The notes below the pieces were generated by a model that ran no database searches, was not told the DNA's origin, and worked only from the letters and a program-made list of their open reading frames with translations. Both the position numbers and the translations under genes were made by a program. A stretch of 64,000 nucleotides of DNA from Candidatus Levyibacteriota bacterium (GTDB taxonomy: Bacteria > Patescibacteriota > Microgenomatia > Levybacterales > UBA12049). This document shows, in pieces, positions 9,404-18,757 of the stretch. Location of the stretch: the NCBI GenBank assembly GCA_029260965.1, contig JAJDCG010000001.1, forward strand, positions 376,012-440,011, written 5' to 3'. The number at the start of each line of letters is the position of its first letter. The stretch's first letter is position 1.

Positions 9404-10661
9404 AAGCTGTGATAAGTTTATGAAAGTACGAACCCGTATCCCCCCAAGTCCAACAGGAATACCACATATAGGAAATACAAGGACTGCACTTTTTAATTAT
9501 CTTTTTACTAAAGCACAGGGCGGTGAATTAATCCTGAGAATAGAGGATACTGATAGAGCTAGATTTGTACCTGAGGCAGAAAAGGCGATTGTTGAAATAC
9601 TGGAGTGGTTGGGTATCAAGTATAGTCCAAAAGTTGAAAGACAGTCAGAGAGGCTTGAGATATATAAACAGCATGCAGAGATCTTGAAAAACAAAAAATT
9701 AGCGTATACAGATCAAGGCGCTCTGAGATATAGGATGCCCAAAACAGGATCGACTAAATGGACTGATGCAATAGGAAATAAAGATATTACTTTTGAAAAT
9801 AAGACTCAAGAAGATTTCGTAATCATAAAATCTGACGGTTTTCCTACATATAATTTTGCAAATGTGGTGGATGATCATCTAATGGATATAACTCATGTAC
9901 TACGTGGTGAAGAATTTATTTCGTCTACACCCAAGCATATTCAGCTTTATAGAGCATTTGGTTGGGAGCTACCAGTTTTTGCACACCTACCTGTAATTTT
10001 AGGCAATGATCATCAAAAACTTTCCAAGAGGCATGGTGCTAAGTCAGCACTTGACTATAGAGATGAGGGATATCTCAAAGATGCTTTGCTTAATTACATG
10101 GTGCTTCTTGGATGGAATCCTGGTGGTGATCGCGAGATAATGTCGATTAATGAGATGATACAAATTTTTGATTTGAAGGATATTAATACGACAAGTCCTA
10201 TTTTTGATTCGCTAAAGCTAACATGGATGAATCAGGAATATATTCAAAAGAAGACAGATGCAGAATTGAAAGATCTATTGGTTGAATATTATTCTGATTT
10301 AAAAGCTTTACAATCCGATGTTTTTGATAAAATAATTCCACTTGTTAAGACAAGAATTAAGACGCTTGCGGAATTTAAAGAACTCACAGAAATATTTTTT
10401 ATTAATTCGATCAATTGGGATCTTATTGATCAAGAAATGGAAATAGCAAAATCAACACTCACAGATTTAAAGGAGTTAAGGGACTGGAATAAAGATAAAC
10501 TTTTTGCAATAATGAAAGTGCACATGGAAAGAAAAAAAATAAAAATGAAAGTCTTTTATAAAATGTTTACAGGTAGGGAAAGAGGCCTTCCGTTGCCAGA
10601 GACACTTGAGATACTGGGAAGGGAAAAGACTATAAATATTTTAGAAAGTTTAATCAAATGA
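9390..10661 (+). CDS. gltX: glutamate--tRNA ligase (possibly non-discriminating)
   Basis: HIGH motif PTGIPHIGN. KMSKS motif KLSKRHGA. Class I catalytic core; 413-423 aa, shorter than typical. Alternative start ATG at 9420. Confidence 0.85.
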   Translation: MPDNKSCDKFMKVRTRIPPSPTGIPHIGNTRTALFNYLFTKAQGGELILRIEDTDRARFVPEAEKAIVEILEWLGIKYSPKVERQSERLEIYKQHAEILKNKKLAYTDQGALRYRMPKTGSTKWTDAIGNKDITFENKTQEDFVIIKSDGFPTYNFANVVDDHLMDITHVLRGEEFISSTPKHIQLYRAFGWELPVFAHLPVILGNDHQKLSKRHGAKSALDYRDEGYLKDALLNYMVLLGWNPGGDREIMSINEMIQIFDLKDINTTSPIFDSLKLTWMNQEYIQKKTDAELKDLLVEYYSDLKALQSDVFDKIIPLVKTRIKTLAEFKELTEIFFINSINWDLIDQEMEIAKSTLTDLKELRDWNKDKLFAIMKVHMERKKIKMKVFYKMFTGRERGLPLPETLEILGREKTINILESLIK

Positions 10662-11251
10662 TAAAAATTATTGCCCGTTATTTGTCTCTTATTTTTAACC
10701 CTTTTTTGGTTTTAGTTTTTCTTCCTTTTGTTTTGGTTTATAGAACAACTGATAACGTAGAAACAAGTATTATTTGGACTATTTATACCTTCATATTCTT
10801 TTTGGTGATTGCAGCATTTGTTTTATACAACGTAAAGAAAGGTGTGTTTACAGATATGGATGTTTCAAAACGTCAGCAACGTCCTATTCTTTTTAAGTTT
10901 TTCTTTATTCTCGGTAGTATATATCTTGTAGGATTGTTTCTTTTTGGTGGTCCTGAAATACTTCTATATATAGTCGTGAGCATCATGCTTAGTATTATTG
11001 TTGTTAGTCTTTTGAACAAAAAGATAAAACTAAGTCTTCATGTGGCAACGCTTTCTGCTCTTTTGTCTGCAGTAACCGTCTATTATCGTGGGTATTCATT
11101 TTTTCTTTTATTTTTGATTCCACTGATTGCATGGTCTAGGGTGAAGGTTAAAAGACACTCAGTCGAAGAAACTGTTGTTGGTGCTATAGTGGGAAGTGCT
11201 CTTTCACTCTCTACATATACAATTTTAAAAATGGTGATTTATAATACATGA
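10658..11251 (+). CDS. PAP2-superfamily membrane phosphatase-like protein
   Basis: 6 TM segments. C-terminal SRVKVKRHSVEE fits the PAP2 C3 motif SRx5Hx3D/E. A preceding SLH may be a degenerate PSGH motif. 4-nt overlap with gltX. Confidence 0.45.
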   Translation: MIKIIARYLSLIFNPFLVLVFLPFVLVYRTTDNVETSIIWTIYTFIFFLVIAAFVLYNVKKGVFTDMDVSKRQQRPILFKFFFILGSIYLVGLFLFGGPEILLYIVVSIMLSIIVVSLLNKKIKLSLHVATLSALLSAVTVYYRGYSFFLLFLIPLIAWSRVKVKRHSVEETVVGAIVGSALSLSTYTILKMVIYNT

Positions 11252-11252
11252 T

Positions 11253-11618
11253 ATGGATATAAAAAAATTTAATAAATCTTTTCATTACGCAATTTCAGGT
11301 ATTGATTATGCACTTAAAAATGATCAAAATTTAGTGATTCATTTTATCGTTTCATTTATCGTAATAATTGCCAGTATTCTTTTTCAAGTTACTGCATTTG
11401 AAATGGGGATTCTTGGAATATCGATGGTAATGGTTGTTATTGCTGAGATGTTAAATACTGCTATAGAGAAAATGGTAGATCTGATAACGCGTGAACATAG
11501 AAATGACGCAAAAATCGCCAAGGATGTCTCATCTGGCATGGTTCTCCTGACAGTAACAGGAGCTGTGATAATTGGCATGTTGGTGTTTTTGCCTCATGTC
11601 TTAAATATTTTTAGATAG
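11253..11618 (+). CDS. dgkA: diacylglycerol/undecaprenol kinase
   Basis: 121 aa with 3 TM segments. Conserved EMLNTAIEKMVD and HxxAKxxKD-like block, characteristic of the DgkA family. Confidence 0.8.
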   Translation: MDIKKFNKSFHYAISGIDYALKNDQNLVIHFIVSFIVIIASILFQVTAFEMGILGISMVMVVIAEMLNTAIEKMVDLITREHRNDAKIAKDVSSGMVLLTVTGAVIIGMLVFLPHVLNIFR

Positions 11619-11621
11619 ATC

Positions 11622-12143
11622 ATGTCAAAAAAAATGTATTTTTTAGTTCCATTGGTAATTCTCCTTTCTGGAGGGTCAACACTTATTGGTATAGGTCTTT
11701 ATAAAGAATACACAAAACCCATTGAGGTACATTTGCATGCAGGATTTCAGGTATATGAGGATGGTAAGTTGCAGGATTTTTCAGGATCAGAGTTCATGAA
11801 TGAGAAGCCCTGCAGCATTGATGATGGATCGCCGGTTGATGAGCAGCTAGAGAAGGCGCACCTTCATGATGGTATTGGGGATGTGGTACATGTGCATAGG
11901 GACCATGTTCTATGGAGTGATCTGTTTGATAACCTGGGCTATAGCTTTAGTGTGGGTAAAAAAGTAAGAAGTTTTGTAAACGGTAAAGAAGTGGATGATA
12001 TTCTCAATTTTCCCATAAAACCATATGATAGTATTGTCATTTTTGTAGGAGAAATTGAAAATTTTGAGAAAAAACTTGAGGGTGGAATTTCTAAAGATAG
12101 GATTTTAGAAGCAGAGAATATGCCAGAGAGCTGTGGAAAATAA
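11622..12143 (+). CDS. hypothetical secreted/membrane-anchored protein with His-rich segment
   Basis: N-terminal TM or signal peptide. His-rich stretch HLHDGIGDVVHVHRDH. No family recognised. Confidence 0.4.
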   Translation: MSKKMYFLVPLVILLSGGSTLIGIGLYKEYTKPIEVHLHAGFQVYEDGKLQDFSGSEFMNEKPCSIDDGSPVDEQLEKAHLHDGIGDVVHVHRDHVLWSDLFDNLGYSFSVGKKVRSFVNGKEVDDILNFPIKPYDSIVIFVGEIENFEKKLEGGISKDRILEAENMPESCGK

Positions 12144-12249
12144 TATTTCAGACCTTTATCTTCTTAGAATATTTTAAAATTATTTATATTTATTCTTTTG
12201 TTACTTAAATTAGATTTTTAGGTGAAGTTTTAGTACAATACTACCTATC

Positions 12250-12321
12250 TCCGGGATCATCTAATGGTAGGATAGCAGACTCTGAATCTGTTCATCTTGG
12301 TTCGAATCCAAGTCCCGGATC
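12250..12321 (+). tRNA. tRNA-Gln (anticodon CTG)
   Basis: Cloverleaf read by hand: acceptor TCCGGGA/TCCCGGA, D-arm, anticodon stem GCAGA/TCTGT with loop CTCTGAA (U33, CTG, A37), T-arm CTTGG-TTCGAAT-CCAAG. CCA not encoded. Confidence 0.75.
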
Positions 12322-12432
12322 AAAAAATAGTATAATTCAAAGATTTAACAGGCAACCTCCTCGCTGTCTCAGGGTAATACATGAATGTTATTTGAAAAAA
12401 TAAGATTTATTAATTTTCCAGATCTGAAGCTA

Positions 12433-13212
12433 TTATTTGATTTTTGTATTAGTTTTAAGTTTATATTCTCCTACTTTAGTTCTCAGGATGTCTAGGGCGA
12501 TTGCACCGTAACCAATTTCTTCTCCCATTTCATTTGTCAGGCTTCTGACGTATGTTCCGCTTGAGCAGGAAATTCTAAATATGGCAACAGTGAAGGTTTG
12601 AGGAGCGTTTTTTTCAAAAAACTCTTCCCACTTTTCCAAAATTTCATTCTGTCTGAAGTCGCCTGTAATTTGATTTATATTTTCAAAAATTCTTTTCTTA
12701 ATTTTCTTGCTTGGGATTTGTTTGATTTCCAATAATTCAAAATTGTAGATTTCAATTTCTTTTGTTGGGATTTTTATTTCACCCAATCTTTTCTCCCGTG
12801 CCCATTGGAAAAGCGGTTTGCCATTTACTTCCTTTGATGAATAAGGAGGATAGGGTTGGAACTGTTTTCCAATCTTGGATTCTATAAATTTTTTAATGTT
12901 GTTTTTAAGCAGTTTTGAACTATTAGCTATTTTAAAATTAAAACTTTTAATAATTCCAAGAGCATCATAAGTATCTGTAGAAACGCCAAAAAGGACTTCA
13001 AATTCATACTCTTTATCAAGACTCAAATATTTATCTCGATTTTTTGTCTCCGCTCCAATCATCAGGAGTAGTACTCCTTGTGCCATGGGATCAAGCCGGC
13101 CTGCAATTCCTATCTTGATATCCCTATATTTAAGATTCTCTTTTCGAAATTTATCTATTGCCTGAAGCGGTGTTATACCGATTGGTTTGTTAATTTTAAT
13201 TATTTTTCTCAT
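12433..13212 (-). CDS. truB: tRNA pseudouridine(55) synthase
   Basis: GIAGRLDPMAQGVLLLMIG matches the TruB catalytic motif (Asp in GxLDPxAxGVL). C-terminal PUA-like region. Confidence 0.85.
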   Translation of the reverse strand: MRKIIKINKPIGITPLQAIDKFRKENLKYRDIKIGIAGRLDPMAQGVLLLMIGAETKNRDKYLSLDKEYEFEVLFGVSTDTYDALGIIKSFNFKIANSSKLLKNNIKKFIESKIGKQFQPYPPYSSKEVNGKPLFQWAREKRLGEIKIPTKEIEIYNFELLEIKQIPSKKIKKRIFENINQITGDFRQNEILEKWEEFFEKNAPQTFTVAIFRISCSSGTYVRSLTNEMGEEIGYGAIALDILRTKVGEYKLKTNTKIK

Positions 13213-13230
13213 ATTATTTTTTTATGTTAT

Positions 13231-13239
13231 TGATATAAT
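13231..13239 (+). promoter_or_regulatory. extended -10 element (TGaTATAAT) in the truB / CaCA divergent intergenic region
   Basis: TGATATAAT lies 14 nt upstream of the ATG at 13254. No SD present, so the transcript may be nearly leaderless. Confidence 0.25.
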
Positions 13240-13253
13240 ACATAGAACCAAGA

Positions 13254-14345
13254 ATGTTTGCTGCTATATTTTATTTAATTGTCCTCATTTTCTTGTTTTA
13301 TATTCTTGCAAAAATTTGTGATCAGTATTTTATTCAAAGCCTTGATATTATATCAAGTAAGCTGAATTTATCTCAAAGCGTTGCAGGAGCTAGCTTTATG
13401 GCAATTGGCACTAGTGCTCCAGAGTTCTTTACCTCTGTTATTGCTCTTACAAAAGTTGGATCTGAAAACATAGGAGCAGGCACAATCGTCGGTTCTGCAA
13501 TTTTTAACATACTTGTTATTGTTGGATTTTCCGCAATAGTCTCGACCGCTTTTCTTTCTTGGAAGCCAGTGGTTCGGGATATGGGATTTTACGTTGTCTC
13601 AATTTTAGTTTTATTTTTTACTTTTAATGATGGAATAGTTACGCTTTATGAAGCAAGTATGTATTTAGTAGTATATAGCTTTTATATTTTCATACTTTCA
13701 AAGTGGAGCAAGTGGTTTCCGGAAGTATCAACGATTGACGAGGGAGAAGAATTAGTAAGAGAGATGCAGAGAGAAGACAAGTTGCTTAAAAAAAATTCGA
13801 AGCTTATTTCAAGGATATTGTTATTGATTGATAATCTTCTTTCGTTGTTCTTCCCAGACTTAAATAAAAAACCTCAACTTTTTTGGTTGACCTTTATTGT
13901 TTCAATTTCTTTGATTATTTTATCAAGCTGGGGATTGGTGGAGTCAGCCGTCTCTTTTGCAAACATTGTTGGAATACCTGAGGTTATTGTAGCTCTGACA
14001 ATTTTAGCTGCGGGAACATCAGTTCCTGATTTATTAGCATCAGTCATAGTTGCAAAAAAAGGAAGAGGTGACATGGCAATTAGCAATGCAGTAGGTAGTA
14101 ATACTTTTGATATATTGATTGCTCTTGGATTGCCATGGTTTTTCTATATTGTATATACAGGCAGATCTGTTGTTGTTGGTATAGAAAATTTAACATCTTC
14201 AATCCTTCTTCTTTTCTTTACCGTTGTTGCAATATTTTTTGTTTTATTAGTTCAAAAATTTAAAATAGGGAAAAAGTCTGGTTATTTTCTCGTAGCTTTG
14301 TATATTATGTATGTTTTCTATTCTGTAATTAGTATACAAAGTTAA
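13254..14345 (+). CDS. Na+/Ca2+ exchanger family (CaCA) membrane protein
   Basis: Two alpha-repeat signatures, GTSAPEFFTSVIA and GTSVPDLLASVIVAKKG, separated by a hydrophilic loop. About 10 TM segments. Confidence 0.8.
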   Translation: MFAAIFYLIVLIFLFYILAKICDQYFIQSLDIISSKLNLSQSVAGASFMAIGTSAPEFFTSVIALTKVGSENIGAGTIVGSAIFNILVIVGFSAIVSTAFLSWKPVVRDMGFYVVSILVLFFTFNDGIVTLYEASMYLVVYSFYIFILSKWSKWFPEVSTIDEGEELVREMQREDKLLKKNSKLISRILLLIDNLLSLFFPDLNKKPQLFWLTFIVSISLIILSSWGLVESAVSFANIVGIPEVIVALTILAAGTSVPDLLASVIVAKKGRGDMAISNAVGSNTFDILIALGLPWFFYIVYTGRSVVVGIENLTSSILLLFFTVVAIFFVLLVQKFKIGKKSGYFLVALYIMYVFYSVISIQS

Positions 14346-14385
14346 CCTCTTCTAATTGCTTCATTAATTGTTGTAAACTATAACA

Positions 14386-16074
14386 ATGGAGATTTTTGTT
14401 GAGGTTGGATTACTTCTTGTTCTTGCGACATTTTCTGCTATTTTGATGCGTGTTCTCAAGCAGCCTCTTATTGTTGGATATATACTTGCTGGAATTGCGG
14501 CGGGACCTTATTTCCTCAACATCCTTCACTCCACAGAGCACATAGAACTTTTTTCCAAACTCGGCATCACAATTCTTCTTTTTATTGTAGGTCTGAATCT
14601 TTCACCAAAAGTAATAAAGGAAGTGGGTAAGGTTTCATTAGTTGGTGGTATAGGACAGATCATTTTTACAACTATGATTGGATTTTCAATTGCCGTATTT
14701 TTAGGAATAGATAAATTGGCTGCGATGTATCTAGCAATTGCCCTTACTTTTAGTAGTACTATTATAGTGCTCAAGCTCCTTTCTGATAGGGGAGATCTGA
14801 ATAAACTCTATGGAAAGATTGCTGTTGGTTTTTTAATAGTTCAGGATATTGTTGCTACTCTAATACTTCTATTCGTTTCAGCTTTTGCAGAGAGTACAGG
14901 TGCAGATGTTGTGAGCATGGCGGGAATTATTTTTGCAAAAGGTGTTTTTCTCCTTGCAGCATTATATGTAATAAGCATTTATATTATACCCAGATTTAGC
15001 AAGTTTCTTGCTAGTTCACAGGAGATTCTTTTCCTTTTTTCTATTAGCTGGGGTGTGGCACTGGCTGGACTTTTCTATGCACTAGGATTGTCAATGGAAA
15101 TAGGCGCACTCGTTGCAGGTGTGGCACTTTCTCTTACGCCATTCTCCTATGAGATTGAGGCACGTCTCAAGCCTCTTAGGGATTTTTTTATAGTGCTTTT
15201 TTTCTTGCTTCTTGGCTCACAGCTGGTACTTGATAATGTATCAGCGATATTTATCCCATCACTTATTCTTTCTCTCTTTGTTTTGATCGGAAATCCTTTT
15301 ATTGTTATTGTTCTCATGAGTGTAATGGGACATAAGAATAAAACTGGATTTATGACAGGTTTGACTGTCGCGCAAATTAGTGAGTTTTCGCTTATTCTTG
15401 CAGCGCTAGGTTTTAGGGTGGGACATGTTTCTCAAGAAGTACTATCAATTGTGACCCTGGTTGGGCTTATTACGATTGCAGGATCAACTTATTTTATTCT
15501 CTATGCGGATAATCTGTACAGAAAGGTCGAAAAACTTTTAAAATTTTTAGAACTTGAAAAAAATACAGCGAGCCTGGGTGCTGACAGCGAAAAATACGAC
15601 ATGTTACTTTTTGGATATGATCGTGTTGGAAGGGATTATGTATCTGCGTTTGAAAAACTAGCAAAACCATATATGGTGATTGATTTTAATCCAGAGTCTA
15701 TTACCCGTCTCAGGAGTGAGAAAATTCCTTATAAATTTGGTGATGCAGAGGACGCTGAGTTTTTGCAGGAGCTACATCTTGGTGATGTTAAGATGGTTGT
15801 TTCGACGTTGCCTGATCTGAGGAGCAATATACTTCTTACAAAATCAATAAGGCTGGTTAATCAAAAAGCTGTTGTCATAGCTCTTTCTCACAATCTTGAG
15901 CAGGCTGAGGAATTGTATGCTGCAGGAGCTACATATGTGGTAATGCCTCACTATATAGGGGCAACATATACTATAGATATGATTTTAAAAAATGAATTAG
16001 ATTTGCAGGGATTTGAAAAAGAGCGCAAAAAACACATGTTGTATATTAAACAAGAAAAAGCAATTAATTTATAA
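14386..16074 (+). CDS. monovalent cation:proton antiporter-2 (KefB/CPA2-like) with C-terminal RCK/TrkA-N domain
   Basis: About 12 TM Na_H exchanger core followed by a soluble Rossmann-like domain (MLLFGYDRVGRDY...VIDFNPE). Confidence 0.8.
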   Translation: MEIFVEVGLLLVLATFSAILMRVLKQPLIVGYILAGIAAGPYFLNILHSTEHIELFSKLGITILLFIVGLNLSPKVIKEVGKVSLVGGIGQIIFTTMIGFSIAVFLGIDKLAAMYLAIALTFSSTIIVLKLLSDRGDLNKLYGKIAVGFLIVQDIVATLILLFVSAFAESTGADVVSMAGIIFAKGVFLLAALYVISIYIIPRFSKFLASSQEILFLFSISWGVALAGLFYALGLSMEIGALVAGVALSLTPFSYEIEARLKPLRDFFIVLFFLLLGSQLVLDNVSAIFIPSLILSLFVLIGNPFIVIVLMSVMGHKNKTGFMTGLTVAQISEFSLILAALGFRVGHVSQEVLSIVTLVGLITIAGSTYFILYADNLYRKVEKLLKFLELEKNTASLGADSEKYDMLLFGYDRVGRDYVSAFEKLAKPYMVIDFNPESITRLRSEKIPYKFGDAEDAEFLQELHLGDVKMVVSTLPDLRSNILLTKSIRLVNQKAVVIALSHNLEQAEELYAAGATYVVMPHYIGATYTIDMILKNELDLQGFEKERKKHMLYIKQEKAINL

Positions 16075-16080
16075 TGTTTT

Positions 16081-16635
16081 ATGAAAAATGCTTTAATTCT
16101 ACATGGTACTGATGCCACTTCAAAAGATCATTGGTTTGTCTGGCTTGGAAAAGAGCTAGAGAAATTAGGGTACGAAGTTTGGATTCCAGACTTGCCAGGT
16201 GCTGATCGTCCAAATGTTAAAAAATACAATGATTTTATCTTATCAAATAAGGAATTTCTTTTTAATAAGGAGACAATAATCGTAGGGCATTCATCAGGGG
16301 CAGTTGAAATATTTGGATTACTACAAGAGCTTAGGGATAAAGTTAAGGCGGTATATTTAATAGGCTCATTCATGAATGATTTGGGTTGGAAATCACTTAG
16401 TTCGCTGTTTGTTGAGCCATTTGATTTTGATCTTATAAAAACAAAATCTGATAAGTTTGTGTTTTTTCATTCTGACGATGATCCGTATTGTCCCCTTGAT
16501 CATGCGAAATTTTTATCAGAAAAAACAGGGGGCGAGCTGATAGTTTTACCTGGGCAAAAACATTTTTCAACTGGTACTGCAGGCGAAAAATATAAAAAAT
16601 TTCCTGAGCTTTTGGAAATGATAAAGGAGTGTTAG
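16081..16635 (+). CDS. alpha/beta serine hydrolase, YdeN/RBBP9-like
   Basis: 184 aa. LILHGTDATSKDHWF N-terminus. Nucleophile elbow GHSSG (GxSxG). Downstream Asp/His candidates. Confidence 0.6.
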   Translation: MKNALILHGTDATSKDHWFVWLGKELEKLGYEVWIPDLPGADRPNVKKYNDFILSNKEFLFNKETIIVGHSSGAVEIFGLLQELRDKVKAVYLIGSFMNDLGWKSLSSLFVEPFDFDLIKTKSDKFVFFHSDDDPYCPLDHAKFLSEKTGGELIVLPGQKHFSTGTAGEKYKKFPELLEMIKEC

Positions 16636-17651
16636 TTCAAAGTTATGGTTTTTTGTAATTTTTTATAGACAGATGACAGGCCGAGTATTATCAGGATAGA
16701 GAGCAGGGTGTATGTCGGTGCCAGATAGATATTGCGAAGTTCTATTATTGTCTCGGATGAGATAAAAAGCATCAAAAAACGGCTGATGTATGAAAATACA
16801 ATGAGATGAAATACAAAAAGAGGCATAGTATTTTTTCCAAGAATTTCTAGAACTCGGTTTGATTGTATTTTTATACTTGCCAGAATAAGAAGGGTTATAG
16901 CGCTGAGTGCAGCCCCGTAAAAAAGAAAATAATCTCCCAGTCTGTTGAGACGTATATCAACCTGTGCTCCTATAAAAGCATAGTTAATACCAGCAGATAA
17001 TAGAAATATTATAATTAGCAGCAATAAACTTCTTGTCATGTGGGTTTTGAAATAGCTAACGAGTTTCTCGGGTAATTCACGCGAGAGAAATCCAAGCCCG
17101 AAGAAGACAACAGCATTCAGTGCAGCCTCAACCCCCCAGGGTAATTTAGTTTTTGGAAGTGCAACAGAGATGGTATAGCCAATGATGGAGATAAGAGCGA
17201 GCGAGAATAAAATATTTTTTTTGTTTTGCAATTTGGCAATATGATAAAAAATTGTTCTGGTTACAAAAAGTGTGGGGAGGAACCAGAGTACTATATTTAT
17301 CGCTAAATAGCCATTGTTGCCGTTGCCATATAAGATTCCATAAGCTTGTTTGGAGAGCAATTCGGCTGTTCTATTGTCCGGTGGGACATTTGAGAGCCAA
17401 AGCGAGTAGGATATTGCAGCGAAAATAAAATAAGGAATCATTATTCGCCGAAAATCTTTTTTTAATGATGCAAAAAAACTTCCATTTTTTCGTGAGTGAA
17501 AAACATATCCTGAGAGAAAGAAAAAAAGTGGCATATGAAAAGAATAGATGAGAAAGCGTGGACTATTGGCAGCCAATCCGTGTCCGTAAATGACAAAAAG
17601 TATAGCAAGACCCCGTGCTACATCAATCCATGAGATTCTAGCATTTTGCAC
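16632..17651 (-). CDS. acyltransferase family 3 membrane protein (OatA/OafA-like)
   Basis: N-terminal WIDVARGLAILFVIYGH with conserved R and H. 10 TM segments. 339 aa. Confidence 0.75.
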   Translation of the reverse strand: MQNARISWIDVARGLAILFVIYGHGLAANSPRFLIYSFHMPLFFFLSGYVFHSRKNGSFFASLKKDFRRIMIPYFIFAAISYSLWLSNVPPDNRTAELLSKQAYGILYGNGNNGYLAINIVLWFLPTLFVTRTIFYHIAKLQNKKNILFSLALISIIGYTISVALPKTKLPWGVEAALNAVVFFGLGFLSRELPEKLVSYFKTHMTRSLLLLIIIFLLSAGINYAFIGAQVDIRLNRLGDYFLFYGAALSAITLLILASIKIQSNRVLEILGKNTMPLFVFHLIVFSYISRFLMLFISSETIIELRNIYLAPTYTLLSILIILGLSSVYKKLQKTITLN

Positions 17652-17717
17652 CTAACTAGTATTCCATGTAATCTGTTGCTCTGTCAATTGTTGGGAGTTT
17701 GTTATAATAAAATAGTT

Positions 17718-18296
17718 ATGTATGTGTGCCCAATGCATTCTGATCAAAAATCAGACAAACCCAGTAAATGCAATAAGTGCGGGATGAATCTTGTTCTTGA
17801 GATAGAGGTCGGAAAAGAAAAGGAAAGCTATTTGCCAATCTATATAATCGTTGCACTGATCGTGGTTGTTTCATTTGTTGTCACTATTTCTGCTGACGCG
17901 GGATTTGATATTTATATTTTTTTGAAAAATTTTATGGCAGGATTTTTCCTCATATTTGCAATGTTCAAGCTGATTGATTTGAAAGGTTTTGCAGAGGGAT
18001 ATGCGACATATGATCTTTTGGCAAAAAGATTTTATAGCTATGGTTATCTTTATCCGTTTATAGAGTTATTTTTTGGTCTTTCAATGATTGCAGAATTTTA
18101 CACAGTAGAGATACTCTGGGCAGAGGTATTTGTTATGATATTTAGCGGAACAGGAGTGTTAATAAAGCTGTTAAATAAAGAAAAATTCCGCTGTGTGTGT
18201 TTGGGAACAGTTCTGAAAGTTCCACTCACAAAGGTAACTCTTGTAGAAGATTTTGGGATGGCGGCTTTAGCAGTTTTGATGATAATTATCTCCTAA
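17718..18296 (+). CDS. heavy-metal-binding domain (CPMH...CxKCGM) fused to DoxX/MauE-like 4-TM membrane domain
   Basis: N-terminal YVCPMHSDQKSDKPSKCNKCGMNL matches the HMBD Cu/Ag-binding motif (CPMHP..x..CPKCGM.L). Followed by 4 hydrophobic helices. Start placed at the Met preceding the motif; the ORF is open from 17646. Confidence 0.5.
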   Translation: MYVCPMHSDQKSDKPSKCNKCGMNLVLEIEVGKEKESYLPIYIIVALIVVVSFVVTISADAGFDIYIFLKNFMAGFFLIFAMFKLIDLKGFAEGYATYDLLAKRFYSYGYLYPFIELFFGLSMIAEFYTVEILWAEVFVMIFSGTGVLIKLLNKEKFRCVCLGTVLKVPLTKVTLVEDFGMAALAVLMIIIS

Positions 18297-18757
18297 GATA
18301 TTTTTGTGATTTTGTATTTGAATTTTCCAGTCGGAGTTTCGATCTCTACCTCTTCATTTAGAGACTTTCCTACAATAGCTTTTCCAACAGGAGAAAGAAG
18401 CGAGAGCTTGCCTGCTGAGGGTTCTGCTTCAGTGTCACCTACGATTTGATATGTTTTAGTGCGTTTTCCATCAGTTAGTGTTACCTGGCTTCCTATATAT
18501 ACAGAATCAATTGGGTGAGTAGTCCCATCACGATTAGTTATATCTGCGCGTTTTAAAAGATCAGAAAAGCGTCTCAGTCTGCCGTCGATAAATCCTAGCT
18601 TTTGCTTGGAAGCCTTGTAATAGCCATTTTCCGAGAGGTCTCCGAGCTCACGTGATTTTTTTACATCCTCAATTACGAGTGGTCTTTGTTTGAGGAGCTC
18701 ATTATATTCACCCTTTAATTTATCGTATCCTTCTTTTGTAAATCTAACTTTATTCAT
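18293..18757 (-). CDS. greA: transcription elongation factor GreA
   Basis: N-terminal coiled-coil with conserved acidic tip (RELGDLSENGYYKASKQ) and a C-terminal FKBP-like domain. 154 aa. Overlaps the recJ stop by 8 nt, consistent with an operon. Confidence 0.85.
   Translation of the reverse strand: MNKVRFTKEGYDKLKGEYNELLKQRPLVIEDVKKSRELGDLSENGYYKASKQKLGFIDGRLRRFSDLLKRADITNRDGTTHPIDSVYIGSQVTLTDGKRTKTYQIVGDTEAEPSAGKLSLLSPVGKAIVGKSLNEEVEIETPTGKFKYKITKIS

Noticed and set aside
12144-12249. AT-rich spacer upstream of tRNA-Gln, examined as a possible small RNA.
   Set aside because: No stable hairpins or conserved ncRNA motifs recognisable by eye. Most likely just the tRNA promoter region.
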